Program-made: the position numbers and the translations under genes
Shown: in pieces, positions 8,417 to 17,585 of the stretch
How the letters are laid out: every line of letters begins with the position of its first letter
Numbering within the stretch: position 1 is the first letter of the stretch
Source of the DNA: a bacterium
GTDB lineage: Bacteria > Elusimicrobiota > Elusimicrobia > Elusimicrobiales > UBA9959
Reading direction: 5' to 3'
Length of the DNA: 64,000 nt
Assembly (NCBI GenBank): GCA_021847485.1
Contig: JAJZRA010000002.1
Coordinates: 20,078 to 84,077, forward strand
Notes under the pieces: model-generated
The model's database searches: none
What the model was told of the DNA's origin: nothing
Seen by the model: only the letters and a program-made list of their open reading frames with translations

Positions 8417-10588
8417 ATGGCAAAGAAGAACCGCAACCACGCCTCCCCCCGCCCCGCCCTCTCCGTCCCGCCGGAGCGCCCCCGCTACCCGGCCTGGCTG
8501 GCCTGGGGCGCCTTCGCCCTCTGGGGCGGCTGGATCTTCAAGAATTTCCTGACCCGTTTCCCGCCCGACCTCGCCTACCTCGCCGCCGCGCTGGCGCCGG
8601 GACAATACCTGACCTCGGGCCTGCTGAAGGCGCTGCCCGGCCACCTGGCCGCGCTGGCGGCCGGGGCTTTCTTCCTGCTCTCCTGCGCCGGGCTGGGCCG
8701 CCTGCTGCTGGTCTCCGTCCTGAAGGCCGGCCCGCTGGACCGGCTGGAGGAGGCCGTCCTGTCGGCCGCGCTGGGCTTGGGCGTCTTCGCGCAGGCCGTG
8801 CTCGCGCTGGCCGCCGCCGGCCTGCTCGGCCGCTGGCCGGTGCTGGCGCTGCTGGCGGTCTCGGCCGGGCTGGGCGCGTTGTCGCTGCGGCTGCGCCCGC
8901 CGGCCCCGGCCGCGCCCCCGTCGCTGAAGCCGGACTTCCCCGACGTCGTCGCCGGGGCCGTGCTGGCCGCCGCGGTCCTGATAAACCTGGTCGGCGCCCT
9001 GTCGCCCGAGATCTTCTACGATTCGCTGGTCTACCACCTCGCGGTGCCGAACTTCTACGTCATCAAGCGCGGCCTGGCGGACATGCCGTACAACCTCTAT
9101 TCCAACCTCTTCCTGCTGCACGGCATGCTCTACGCCGCGGGGCTGGAACTGCTGAACGAGATGGTGCCCAAGCTGCTGAACTACTCGGCCGGGCTGATCG
9201 CGGCGGCCGCGGTCTTCTCGATAGGCCGCAGGCACCTGTCGGCGCGCGCCGGCCTGTGGGCGGCGCTGGTCAGTTACACCGTCACGCTGGCCATGCTGAC
9301 CTCCTGGTCCTCCGGCACCGAGACGCTGTTGGCCATGTTCTCGGTCTGCTCGCTGGCGGCCGCGCTGCGCCATGAGCCTGGCGGCCGGAAGTTCCTGCTG
9401 CTGTCCGCTTTCCTCGCGGGCTGCGGCATGGCCGTCAAGACCACCGGCCTGTTCCCGGCGATAGGTTCCGGCCTCGTGCTGCTCTACCGGGGCCGCTCCG
9501 ACAGGCGCGACCTGCTGCGGGCCGTCCCGCTGTTCGCGCTGGCCGCGGCCCTGCCGGTGCTGCCGTGGCTGGCCAAGAACTGGGTCTACCGCCATAACCC
9601 CTTCTTCCCGTTCCTCACCTCCGTCTTCGGCCCCGGCGGCGCGCTGCCGCAGAGGCTGGCCGGCTTCATGGCCGAGACGCGCCAGATGGGCGCGGTGCAG
9701 TTCAAGGCCTGGCTGCTGAACCCGTGGGACGTCACGATGGGCGTCCTGCCTAATTCCCAGTACTTCACGCCGCTGTTCCTGGCGCTGCTGCCGCCGCTGT
9801 TCCTGCTGGAGCCGGGCGCGGCCGCCGCGCCTTTCTGGGCCTATTTCCTCTGCTGCTGGCTGCTGTGGTCCGTCACCTCCACGATGGCCCGCTTCCTGAT
9901 GCCGGCCTTCCCGGCCGCGGGCCTGCTGATAGCCGCGGCGCTGGGCGGCCGCGCCCACGCCGCGCTGAAGCGGACGCTCGCCTACGCCGTGCTGTTCTTC
10001 TGCGCGCTGGGGGTCTACTGGGCCGGCCTGATCCTCTATTCCCAGGGCCGCTGGCGCCCGGTCTTCGGGCTGATCTCCAAGGACGACTACCTGTCCGACA
10101 GCCGGCCCACTTACCCTTACAGCCATTACGCGGCGATAAAATTCATTAACGAGCGGTTGCCTCCCGGCGCCAAGACGCTGATCATAGGCGACGGCCGCAG
10201 CTTCTACATGAAGAAGGATTTCATCGTCAGCTCCGTTTTCGACCGCACCCCGATAGTGGAGTACGCGGCCGCCTCGGCGGACGGCGACGCGCTGTACGCC
10301 CGCCTGCGGGCCGAGGGCGTCACGCACCTGCTGATCAACGCCGGCGAGGCGGTCAAGCTCGGCCGGAGCTACGGGATGTTCTACTGGGACGCCGGGGCCC
10401 GCGGCGTCTTCGACGCCTTCTGGGCCCGCCACGTCCGGGAGGTCTATTCCCGCGACGAGCTGCAGGGAGGCCGCTTCTTCAACCGGGTGGCCGTCTACGA
10501 GCTGACGGACGCCCCGGCGCCCGGCGCCAGGCCCCCGTTCAACCTCATGCGCGACGCCGTCATGCGGGGGATAGAGGCCGCCGGTTAG
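8417..10588 (+). CDS. large polytopic membrane protein, GT-C (ArnT/PMT-like) glycosyltransferase candidate with soluble C-terminal domain
   Basis: More than 10 hydrophobic helices over about 500 aa, then a soluble tail of about 200 aa. The family assignment is tentative and by eye. Confidence 0.6.
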   Translation: MAKKNRNHASPRPALSVPPERPRYPAWLAWGAFALWGGWIFKNFLTRFPPDLAYLAAALAPGQYLTSGLLKALPGHLAALAAGAFFLLSCAGLGRLLLVSVLKAGPLDRLEEAVLSAALGLGVFAQAVLALAAAGLLGRWPVLALLAVSAGLGALSLRLRPPAPAAPPSLKPDFPDVVAGAVLAAAVLINLVGALSPEIFYDSLVYHLAVPNFYVIKRGLADMPYNLYSNLFLLHGMLYAAGLELLNEMVPKLLNYSAGLIAAAAVFSIGRRHLSARAGLWAALVSYTVTLAMLTSWSSGTETLLAMFSVCSLAAALRHEPGGRKFLLLSAFLAGCGMAVKTTGLFPAIGSGLVLLYRGRSDRRDLLRAVPLFALAAALPVLPWLAKNWVYRHNPFFPFLTSVFGPGGALPQRLAGFMAETRQMGAVQFKAWLLNPWDVTMGVLPNSQYFTPLFLALLPPLFLLEPGAAAAPFWAYFLCCWLLWSVTSTMARFLMPAFPAAGLLIAAALGGRAHAALKRTLAYAVLFFCALGVYWAGLILYSQGRWRPVFGLISKDDYLSDSRPTYPYSHYAAIKFINERLPPGAKTLIIGDGRSFYMKKDFIVSSVFDRTPIVEYAAASADGDALYARLRAEGVTHLLINAGEAVKLGRSYGMFYWDAGARGVFDAFWARHVREVYSRDELQGGRFFNRVAVYELTDAPAPGARPPFNLMRDAVMRGIEAAG

Positions 10589-10677
10589 CCCCCCGGCCGC
10601 CGTCGGCCGCGGGGCCGCGCGGGGAGCCGGGTTTTTGCTTGCCTGAAAAAGAGGTTAAAAGGTATATTATCAACAGT

Positions 10678-11934
10678 ATGATAAAAAAATCGTCCCTTTG
10701 CCTGATACTCTGCCTGGCGTCGGCGGGAGCCCTGCACGCCGCCGGCAAGAGCGCCAAGGCCGCCCAGGCGGCGGTCCCGGCGATAAACGGCTTCTCGGCG
10801 TCGGACATGCCTTACGACGCCGGCGGCGCCGCGCTGCTGCGCTGGCCCGTCAACGCGGCCGACACCGAGACCACGGTCTACACGGTCTATGCCTCCTCCT
10901 CCGACGGGGCCGGCTGGGTCAGGATAGACGAGTTCCCCTCCTCGGCCAACACCGGCAAGGGCATCGACCTGCCGTTCTGGGCCTGGGACGGTTCCGCCGC
11001 CGAGCACGCCTATAAGGCCGAGCTGGGCAACTTCTTCCCCGGCGCCGCCGAAGGGACCGTGCTGCGCTTCAAGGTGGCCTCCTCCGACAAGGGCCGCGTC
11101 ACCGCGGAATCCCTGCCCGCAGAGGCCGCCGTCTCCGGCAACTGGTTCCGCCTGGACCGCCTGAACAACCTGCTGCTGCTGGTCCTCGTGATGGTCGTCT
11201 TCTTCTGGGCGGTCTCCCACGCCAAGCGCAAGGGCCTCTTCATCCGCCGCATCGCCGGCCTCGACGCCATAGACGAGGCCATCGGCCGCGCCACCGAGAT
11301 GGGCAAGCCCATCTACTACGTGCCCGGCATCGGCAGCATGAGCTCGATCTCCACGATAGCCTCCGCCTTCATCCTGGGCGAGGTGTCCAAGAAGGTCGCG
11401 CAGTACGACAGCTTCATCAAGATCCCCCACTACGACCCGATCGTGATGACCGTGGCCAAGGAAGTGGTCAAGCAGTCCTACATGGAGGCCGGCCGCCCGG
11501 ACTCCTACCGCGAGGACCTGAACTTCTTCGTCAGCCAGGACCAGTTCTCCTACGCCGCCTCGGTGGACGGCATGATCGCCCGCGAGAAGCCGGCCGCCTG
11601 CTTCTTCATGGGCTACTTCATGGCCGAGTCGCTGCTGCTGGCCGAGGTCGGCGCGACGTCCGGCGCCATCCAGATAGCCGGCACCGACGTCGAGCACCAG
11701 CTGCCGTTCTTCTTCACCGCCTGCGACTACACGCTGATCGGCGAGGAGCTCTACGCCGCCGGCGCCTACCTGTCGAAGGAGCCGATGCTGATGAGCGCGC
11801 TGAAGGTACAGGACTTCGGCAAGCTGGTCGTCATGGTCTCGGTGCTCTTAGGCATCGTGCTGCTCGCGCTGGGCACGAAGCTGCACTGGGACAGCTTCAC
11901 GCAGGTGATCCTGAACCTCTTCAAGGCCTATTGA
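10678..11934 (+). CDS. membrane protein of unknown function (signal peptide, Fn3-like ectodomain, TM, conserved-looking domain, C-terminal TM)
   Basis: ATG 10678 gives MIKKSSLCLILCLASAGALHA. The track start 10639 is a TTG. TATATT lies 9 nt upstream. First gene of a 4-gene operon. Confidence 0.7.
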   Translation: MIKKSSLCLILCLASAGALHAAGKSAKAAQAAVPAINGFSASDMPYDAGGAALLRWPVNAADTETTVYTVYASSSDGAGWVRIDEFPSSANTGKGIDLPFWAWDGSAAEHAYKAELGNFFPGAAEGTVLRFKVASSDKGRVTAESLPAEAAVSGNWFRLDRLNNLLLLVLVMVVFFWAVSHAKRKGLFIRRIAGLDAIDEAIGRATEMGKPIYYVPGIGSMSSISTIASAFILGEVSKKVAQYDSFIKIPHYDPIVMTVAKEVVKQSYMEAGRPDSYREDLNFFVSQDQFSYAASVDGMIAREKPAACFFMGYFMAESLLLAEVGATSGAIQIAGTDVEHQLPFFFTACDYTLIGEELYAAGAYLSKEPMLMSALKVQDFGKLVVMVSVLLGIVLLALGTKLHWDSFTQVILNLFKAY

Positions 11935-11935
11935 T

Positions 11936-12604
11936 ATGAAATTCATAAAGAAACACATTCCCCTCCTGATAGTGCTGGTGGTCGGCGTGCTGACGCTGGC
12001 CTCCTACTACGTGCCGAACAAGTACTCGGTCGACTACCTCGAGCTGATGAACAAGTGGGAGAACATAGTTTCCGCCTTCGCGTTCCTGCTCGGCCTCATC
12101 AGCCTGTTCTACTCGCACTATAACAAGATCAAGCGCAAGACCGACGGCTGGGGCTACAGCCTGTTCGTCTACGTCGGCTTCCTCGCGATGGTGGTGCCGG
12201 CGCTGATGAACGGCGGCAGGCAGATGGTGGACGGCCAGGTCACCTCGCTGGGCTGGTCCTTCCGCTACATCTACAACGCGCTGAGCGCCACGATGTTCGC
12301 GGTCCTCGCGTTCTACATCGTGTCGACCGCCTACCGGTCGTTCAGGATCAAGTCCGCGCAGGCCTTCGTGCTGTTCGTGGCGGCCTTCATCCTGATCCTG
12401 GGCAAGGTGCCGCTCGGCCAGATCATCTGGGACTCGGTGCTGGGCTGGACGCATACCGGCATAGACCAGGTCATAGAGTGGATCATGAGCGTGCCCGCCG
12501 TGGCCGGCAAGCGCGGCATCATGATCGGCATCGCGATAGGCGCGGTGGTCACCTCGCTGAAGATCATCTTCGGCATCGAACGCCAGTACATGGGCAGGGA
12601 CTAA
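11936..12604 (+). CDS. polytopic membrane protein of unknown function
   Basis: About 6 hydrophobic helices. 1-nt gap after the previous gene. Confidence 0.75.
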   Translation: MKFIKKHIPLLIVLVVGVLTLASYYVPNKYSVDYLELMNKWENIVSAFAFLLGLISLFYSHYNKIKRKTDGWGYSLFVYVGFLAMVVPALMNGGRQMVDGQVTSLGWSFRYIYNALSATMFAVLAFYIVSTAYRSFRIKSAQAFVLFVAAFILILGKVPLGQIIWDSVLGWTHTGIDQVIEWIMSVPAVAGKRGIMIGIAIGAVVTSLKIIFGIERQYMGRD

Positions 12605-12608
12605 TACG

Positions 12609-13430
12609 ATGAAGGAAAAACTCGAAAAATTCTTCAAGATAGACCGGCGCTGGATCTTCCTGCTGCTGGCGGTGGTGCTGTTCGTGCCGATCCTCAAGCC
12701 GCTCGGCCTGCCGAACAAGACCATCTCCCGCGACACCCAGAACGCCTTCAACTACCTGGACAAGCTGCCCGCGGGCTCGTTCGTGCTGTTCTCGCTGGAC
12801 TACGATCCGTCCACGCGGCCGGAGCTGCAGCCGCAGGCGATAGCCGCCATCCGCCACGCCTTCAAGAAGAACCTGCGCGTGGCCGTGGTGACCTACATCG
12901 CCGGCTCCACCGGCCTGATCCAGCAGATCTTCGAGAAGTTGCCGGCCGAGTACGGCAAGGTCAACGGCACCGACTACGCGATCTTCCCCTACATGGCCAA
13001 CGCCACCGCGGTCATGACGCAGATGGCCTCCGACTTCTACGGCATCTACGACAAGGACCAGGACGGCCGCGACGCGAAGTCGCTGCCGGTCATGAAGGGC
13101 GTCAAGACCTACAAGGACATGGCGATGGTCGTCAACATCACCGGCACCTCGATGCTCGACTTCTGGGTGGCCTACGTCGGCGACAAGTACAAGGTCCCCG
13201 TGGTCGGCGGCGTCACCGCCATCAGCCAGCCCGGCTACGGCCCGTACCTGCAGACCGGCCAGCTCAAGGGCCTCATCGGCGGCATGAAGGGCGCGGCCGA
13301 GTACGAGTCCCTGGTGAAGGAGCCCGGCAAGGGCACCTCCGGCATCGACGCGCTCAACCTGGCCCACCTGCTGGTGCTGGGCCTGATATTGACGTCCAAT
13401 ATCATACTTCTCGTTATCAGGTATCTTTAA
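12609..13430 (+). CDS. bitopic membrane protein of unknown function (N- and C-terminal TM around a soluble domain of about 220 aa)
   Basis: WIFLLLAVVLFVPIL at the N-terminus and LLVLGLILTSNIILLVI at the C-terminus. 4-nt gap after the previous gene. Confidence 0.75.
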   Translation: MKEKLEKFFKIDRRWIFLLLAVVLFVPILKPLGLPNKTISRDTQNAFNYLDKLPAGSFVLFSLDYDPSTRPELQPQAIAAIRHAFKKNLRVAVVTYIAGSTGLIQQIFEKLPAEYGKVNGTDYAIFPYMANATAVMTQMASDFYGIYDKDQDGRDAKSLPVMKGVKTYKDMAMVVNITGTSMLDFWVAYVGDKYKVPVVGGVTAISQPGYGPYLQTGQLKGLIGGMKGAAEYESLVKEPGKGTSGIDALNLAHLLVLGLILTSNIILLVIRYL

Positions 13431-13439
13431 GAGGTGATT

Positions 13440-14168
13440 ATGACAGAACCTTGGATGATTGCGGGCGCGTGGCTGGCCGCGGGCCTTACGATATTCCTCT
13501 TCAGCTTCCTCTACAGGGACAACCCGTTCTTCAAGATCGCGGAGCACCTGTACCTCGGCGCCGGCATGGGCTGGTGGTTCCAGGTGTACATGTTCAACAT
13601 CTGGAAGCCCAAGGTCTGGGAGCCGCTGATGGCGCACCAGTGGGGCGTGATCATACCGGCTGTGCTGGGCCTGTCGCTCGTGACCCAGTTCATCCCGAAG
13701 ATCTCGTGGCTCTCCCGCTACGGCTTCACGTTCCTGATGGGCTACGGCGCGGGCCTCGCGGTCCCCGCCGGCCTCTCCACGGACTTCATGAACCAGATCG
13801 CCGGCACGATCCGGCCGTTCTCGGCCCTGGCCTCGATGACCCCGTTCGCGATCTTCAACTCGCTGCTGATCGCGCTGGGCGTGGTCTGCGTGCTGTTCTA
13901 CTTCTTCTTCTCGGTCGAGCACAAGGGCTCGGTCAAGAAGGTGTCGAACGTCGGCATCTACTTCCTGATGGTCTACTTCGGCGCGGCCTTCGGCAACACC
14001 GTGATGGCCCGCTTCTCGCTGCTGTACGGCCGCTTCGACGACCTGGCGAGCTTCAGCTCCCGCGGCAGCTTCTACGCCACGCAGATCATCCTGGCGGTGA
14101 TGGTGCTCTACTTCCTGGTCACCGGCTTCACGAAGAAGCCGCAGCAGGGCGAGGAAGAGGCGCACTAA
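13440..14168 (+). CDS. polytopic membrane protein of unknown function
   Basis: ATG 13440 is preceded by AAGAGGTG. The track start 13434 is a GTG inside the RBS spacing. About 6-7 helices. Confidence 0.75.
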   Translation: MTEPWMIAGAWLAAGLTIFLFSFLYRDNPFFKIAEHLYLGAGMGWWFQVYMFNIWKPKVWEPLMAHQWGVIIPAVLGLSLVTQFIPKISWLSRYGFTFLMGYGAGLAVPAGLSTDFMNQIAGTIRPFSALASMTPFAIFNSLLIALGVVCVLFYFFFSVEHKGSVKKVSNVGIYFLMVYFGAAFGNTVMARFSLLYGRFDDLASFSSRGSFYATQIILAVMVLYFLVTGFTKKPQQGEEEAH

Positions 14169-14191
14169 GCGCGGGCGCCCTTCCCGGGCGT

Positions 14192-14229
14192 AAAGAAAGG
14201 CGGGCCGGATATCCGGCCCGCCTTTCTTT
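14192..14229. terminator. bidirectional rho-independent terminator
   Basis: AAAGAAAGGCGGGCCGG-atat-CCGGCCCGCCTTTCTTT: perfect 17-bp stem with A/T runs on both sides, between convergent genes. Confidence 0.8.
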
Positions 14230-14244
14230 TATCCCCCCGGAGCC

Positions 14245-15093
14245 TTACTTTATTATCTCGATCTTGGCCTTTCGGCGGAGCTCGGCGGCGAGCTGCGGCA
14301 GGGCCTGCGTGATCCTCTGGTTCAGCAGGGCGGAGCGGATGTCCTCCCTGACGGTGTCGAAGACGGCCGGCTGGCCGGCCCGGAGCTCCTCGACCTTGAA
14401 GATGCTGAACCCGTTGCCGGTGGGTATGGGCTTGGTGATCTGGCCGGGCTTCAGCGAGAAGATCTCCTTCTCGAGGTCCGGCTGCAGCATGCCGCGCGAG
14501 ACGTAGCCCAGCGAGCCGCCGTTCTTGCGCAGGTTCTCGTCGGCCGACTTCAGGGCCGACAGCTTGGCGAAGTCCGCCCCCACCGAGGTCAGCAGTTCGA
14601 AGGCGTCGTCGCCCTCGGCCTTGGTGTTGACGAAGATCTGCGAGAGCTTTACCGAGTCCGGCGAGCCGAGGCGGTCCCTGTTCTTGTCGTAGAACTCTCG
14701 GACGTCCGCGTCGGTGACCTTCAGCTTGCCGTCGGCTATCACGGCCTCGCGGATGGTCAGCTGGCGCTTCAGCAGGTCGCGCAGGTCCCCCGGCGTCCAG
14801 CCCACCGATTTGAGGTTCTTCTCGAAAGAGGCCTTGTCGGAGCCCTCGGAGAGGGCCTTGTAGCGCGCCTCCACCTCTTTAGGGTCGGCCTTCACTCCCA
14901 GGCGCGCCGCTTCCTCGAGCAGCAGCCTCTCGTCTATCAGGTCGGAGAGGCCCTGGGCCCCGTACTGCCACCAGAGCTTCTTGGTCAGTTCGTCGCGGGT
15001 TATCCCTTTCCCGTCCACCACGGCCACGTTCGCCGCGGAGAGCCGCGGCGCCAGCAGGGCGCAGGCCGCGGCGGCCAGTAATATCTTTTTCAT
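14245..15093 (-). CDS. parvulin-type peptidyl-prolyl isomerase (SurA/PrsA-like), secreted
   Basis: ATG 15093 with GGAGGA RBS. Signal peptide MKKILLAAAACALLAPRLSA. PPIC motif GGSLGYVSRGMLQPDLEKEIFSLKPGQIT..GFSIFKV. Confidence 0.85.
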   Translation of the reverse strand: MKKILLAAAACALLAPRLSAANVAVVDGKGITRDELTKKLWWQYGAQGLSDLIDERLLLEEAARLGVKADPKEVEARYKALSEGSDKASFEKNLKSVGWTPGDLRDLLKRQLTIREAVIADGKLKVTDADVREFYDKNRDRLGSPDSVKLSQIFVNTKAEGDDAFELLTSVGADFAKLSALKSADENLRKNGGSLGYVSRGMLQPDLEKEIFSLKPGQITKPIPTGNGFSIFKVEELRAGQPAVFDTVREDIRSALLNQRITQALPQLAAELRRKAKIEIIK

Positions 15094-15104
15094 CGTATCC
15101 TCCG

Positions 15105-16172
15105 TCACTTGTTAACGAAAACGGTCCGCGTCGGGTAGGCGAAGTCTATGCCTTCCTTCGCGAAGGCCTCTATCAGCGACTGCAGTATGCGCTCGTGCGC
15201 GTTCATGAAGAAGTTGTAGTCGGGCGACTCCACGTAGTAGACCGTCTCGAAGTCTATCGAGGAGTCGCCGAGGCCGGACAGGTTGGACCTGTCGAAGGTC
15301 GCCTTCTCCACGCCGCCGATGATGCCTTTTATGAGGCCGGGGATGCGTTTGAGCTTTTCGGGGGCGGTCTGGTAGGTCACGCCCGCCGAGAAGACGACGC
15401 GCCGGCGCTCCATGCGCTTGTAGTTCTTGAGCTCCATCGAGAGCAGCTTGGTGTTGGAGAGCACGAGTTGCTCGCCGGAGAGGCTGCGGATGCGGATGGA
15501 CTTGAGGCCGATGTGCTCCACGGTGCCGGCAACGTCCCCGGCCACGATGAAGTCCCCGACGTGGAAAGGCTTGTCGAGCAGGATCACGAAGAAGTTGAAC
15601 AGGTCGCCGAGGATGGCCTGGGCGGCCAGCGCCACGGCGACGCCGCCGATGCCGAGGCCGGTGAGCACCGCCGAGATGTTGACCCCGAGGTTGTCCAGCA
15701 CGAACAGGACGGCGGCCACCCAGACGAGCGCCCGCAGGATGATCTGCGTGCTGTTGATGACCGAGGCGCGGGCCGCGTCGGAGAGCTGGCGCTGCGCGGC
15801 GATCCTGTCGAGCCAGTAGCCCAGCAGGCCCTGTACCACCGTGATGGCGCGGTAGGTGAAGACCACGAGGATCAGCAGGTGCAGGACCTTGTCGAAGAGC
15901 GGGGTGCGGACCAGGTAGCGGGTGGCGACGTAGAAGGCCACGAGCTGGTACTCGAACCAGCGGACCTTGTCTATCAGCGACACGGCCAGGTCGTCCAGGT
16001 CGGTCTCGGTCTTCTCCGCCATGGCGCGCAGGCGGGCCAGTCCCACGTTCTTGACTATGTAGAGGATGGCCAGCGCGGCCAGGAAGGCCACCAGGGCCAG
16101 GCCGTAGGCCTCCGGCGTGTTGCCGAAGATGCGGCTGTCGTCGAACCAGTTGCGCAGGAAAGCGAAGTTCAT
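15105..16172 (-). CDS. mechanosensitive ion channel, MscS family
   Basis: TM3/beta-domain core LGIGGVAVALAAQAILGDLFNFFVILLDKPFHVGDFI..G..GTVEHIGLKSIRIR. Confidence 0.9.
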   Translation of the reverse strand: MNFAFLRNWFDDSRIFGNTPEAYGLALVAFLAALAILYIVKNVGLARLRAMAEKTETDLDDLAVSLIDKVRWFEYQLVAFYVATRYLVRTPLFDKVLHLLILVVFTYRAITVVQGLLGYWLDRIAAQRQLSDAARASVINSTQIILRALVWVAAVLFVLDNLGVNISAVLTGLGIGGVAVALAAQAILGDLFNFFVILLDKPFHVGDFIVAGDVAGTVEHIGLKSIRIRSLSGEQLVLSNTKLLSMELKNYKRMERRRVVFSAGVTYQTAPEKLKRIPGLIKGIIGGVEKATFDRSNLSGLGDSSIDFETVYYVESPDYNFFMNAHERILQSLIEAFAKEGIDFAYPTRTVFVNK

Positions 16173-16178
16173 AACCTG

Positions 16179-16184
16179 ATTATA
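16179..16184 (-). promoter_or_regulatory. -10 box TATAAT 6 nt upstream of the MscS ATG (leaderless-type)
   Basis: Minus strand reads TATAAT-caggtt-ATG (ATG 16172..16170). Confidence 0.45.
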
Positions 16185-16220
16185 GAAGATTTGCCGCCGG
16201 CTGGGGAACGGCGGCTCCCG

Positions 16221-17489
16221 TCATTTGCCCGTCAGCCAGGCGAGGAAGGCGCCCCACGAGGAGTCCGCCGCCCAGGAGAGCTCGGCGTAGGCCGCCGGCG
16301 GCCGGGTGCCGGGGAGGTAGACGGCCAGGCCCGAGGCCAGGCCGTAGTCCGCGGGTTCGAGCCCGTCGGGGACCTGGGCGTAGTTGGCGGCGGCCCGGAA
16401 AGGGACGAGCGGGCCCCGCAGGTGGGCGGCCAGCGCGGCCGCGGCGCCGCGCAGGCGCTGGTCGCGGGCTTTGGCGGCCACGTAGTCCAGGAAGGAGCCC
16501 AGGTCCTTGTTGTCGTCGTAGGCGTAATGCTGGGCGTAATAGAGGCCGCGCTTCATGACGCCGCGGTCGCCGGCGGCCATCGCCGCCTCCGCGAAGGCGG
16601 CCGTCAGCTCCCGCAGGCGGGGCAGGGCGGAGGCGTCCAGCGCGCTGAGCGTGGCGCCCGTGCCCTGCGCCGCGTAGTAGGCGCCGTAATCCGAGACCAG
16701 CTCCCCCGCCAGGGCGCGCGGCGCCATGCCCGGGGCGGCCGTGAGGGCGGCCAGGACGGCGTCGTACGGGTAGCCGTCGGCCGGCTCGGTCTCCTCGGAA
16801 CCGACGATATAGGAGGCGAGGTCCCTGAGCTCCCAGGCCACCTCCGGCATCTGCATCAGGCAGGCGTCCGAGGCGTAAACGTCGGCTCCGCCCGCCGCGC
16901 GCAGGGCCTGCGCCAGCTGCCGCACCGTTATGTGGGAGCCGCTCTCGTCGTCGTAGGAGATGCCGCGCGGGCCGGCGGCGGACTTGGTCCAGCCGGAGCC
17001 GTGGTTCCAGACCACGAGCAGGTACTTCCGGGCCGGGTAGGAGGCCTTGGCCCAGCGGATGAAAGCCGCCAGTTCCCGGTAGTCGCCCATGTCGGCGGGG
17101 CCCAGGTCGGCCAGGACCGGCGAGGTCACGGCGCCGCGGTCCAGGTCCCGCGTCACGTAATAGCGGCGCACGCCGGTCCAGTCCCCGTCGCCGGCGTAAT
17201 AGCCCTTCATCCTGCCCAGCTCGGCGACGATGCTGACCCGGTCCGTGGACCCGGCGGCCTCCAGCTCGTTGAGGTCCTTCAGGCCGAACTCCTCCAGGTT
17301 GTTCTTGGCGTTCAGGTAGACCATCACGGTCCAGTCGGCGGGCGCGGGGCGCCGCGGCCGCTCCGGCGCGGGCGGCGCCGGGACGCGCGCCGCGTCCGCC
17401 GCGGTGAGGCCCGGCAGCCCCAGGGCGCCGGCCGTCCCGGCCAGGGACAGCCAGAGCGCGGCGGCGGATAAGGCCCGGGCTTTGGTCAT
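16221..17489 (-). CDS. clostripain-family (C11) cysteine peptidase, secreted
   Basis: Signal peptide. WTVMVYLNAKNNLE, catalytic His context VVWNHGSGW and Cys context YASDACLM. Confidence 0.85.
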   Translation of the reverse strand: MTKARALSAAALWLSLAGTAGALGLPGLTAADAARVPAPPAPERPRRPAPADWTVMVYLNAKNNLEEFGLKDLNELEAAGSTDRVSIVAELGRMKGYYAGDGDWTGVRRYYVTRDLDRGAVTSPVLADLGPADMGDYRELAAFIRWAKASYPARKYLLVVWNHGSGWTKSAAGPRGISYDDESGSHITVRQLAQALRAAGGADVYASDACLMQMPEVAWELRDLASYIVGSEETEPADGYPYDAVLAALTAAPGMAPRALAGELVSDYGAYYAAQGTGATLSALDASALPRLRELTAAFAEAAMAAGDRGVMKRGLYYAQHYAYDDNKDLGSFLDYVAAKARDQRLRGAAAALAAHLRGPLVPFRAAANYAQVPDGLEPADYGLASGLAVYLPGTRPPAAYAELSWAADSSWGAFLAWLTGK

Positions 17490-17495
17490 TGGTAT

Positions 17496-17501
17496 ATTAT
17501 A
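17496..17501 (-). promoter_or_regulatory. -10 box TATAAT 6 nt upstream of the C11 peptidase ATG (leaderless-type)
   Basis: Minus strand reads TATAAT-atacca-ATG (ATG 17489..17487). Confidence 0.45.
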
Positions 17502-17542
17502 GCCGATAAGGCCGCCGCGGTTCCCGACGGCCCCTGAAAAGA

Positions 17543-17567
17543 AGAAGCCGGCGCGGGGCCGGCTTCT
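17543..17567 (-). terminator. rho-independent terminator of the hydrogenase operon
   Basis: Minus strand reads AGAAGCCGGC-cccgc-GCCGGCTTCT followed by TCTTTTC, 19 nt after the stop at 17586. Confidence 0.65.
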
Positions 17568-17585
17568 CCGTCGGGGGCTGTGCCC

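Noticed and set aside
5420-10432. 1670-aa ORF on the minus strand, spanning five plus-strand genes.
   Set aside because: It is antisense to well-supported genes (GlmL-type ATPase, GT-C protein). Its composition is dominated by R/G/A/D/H/P/V/Q and it has no motifs. This is a typical stop-free shadow frame of GC-rich DNA.
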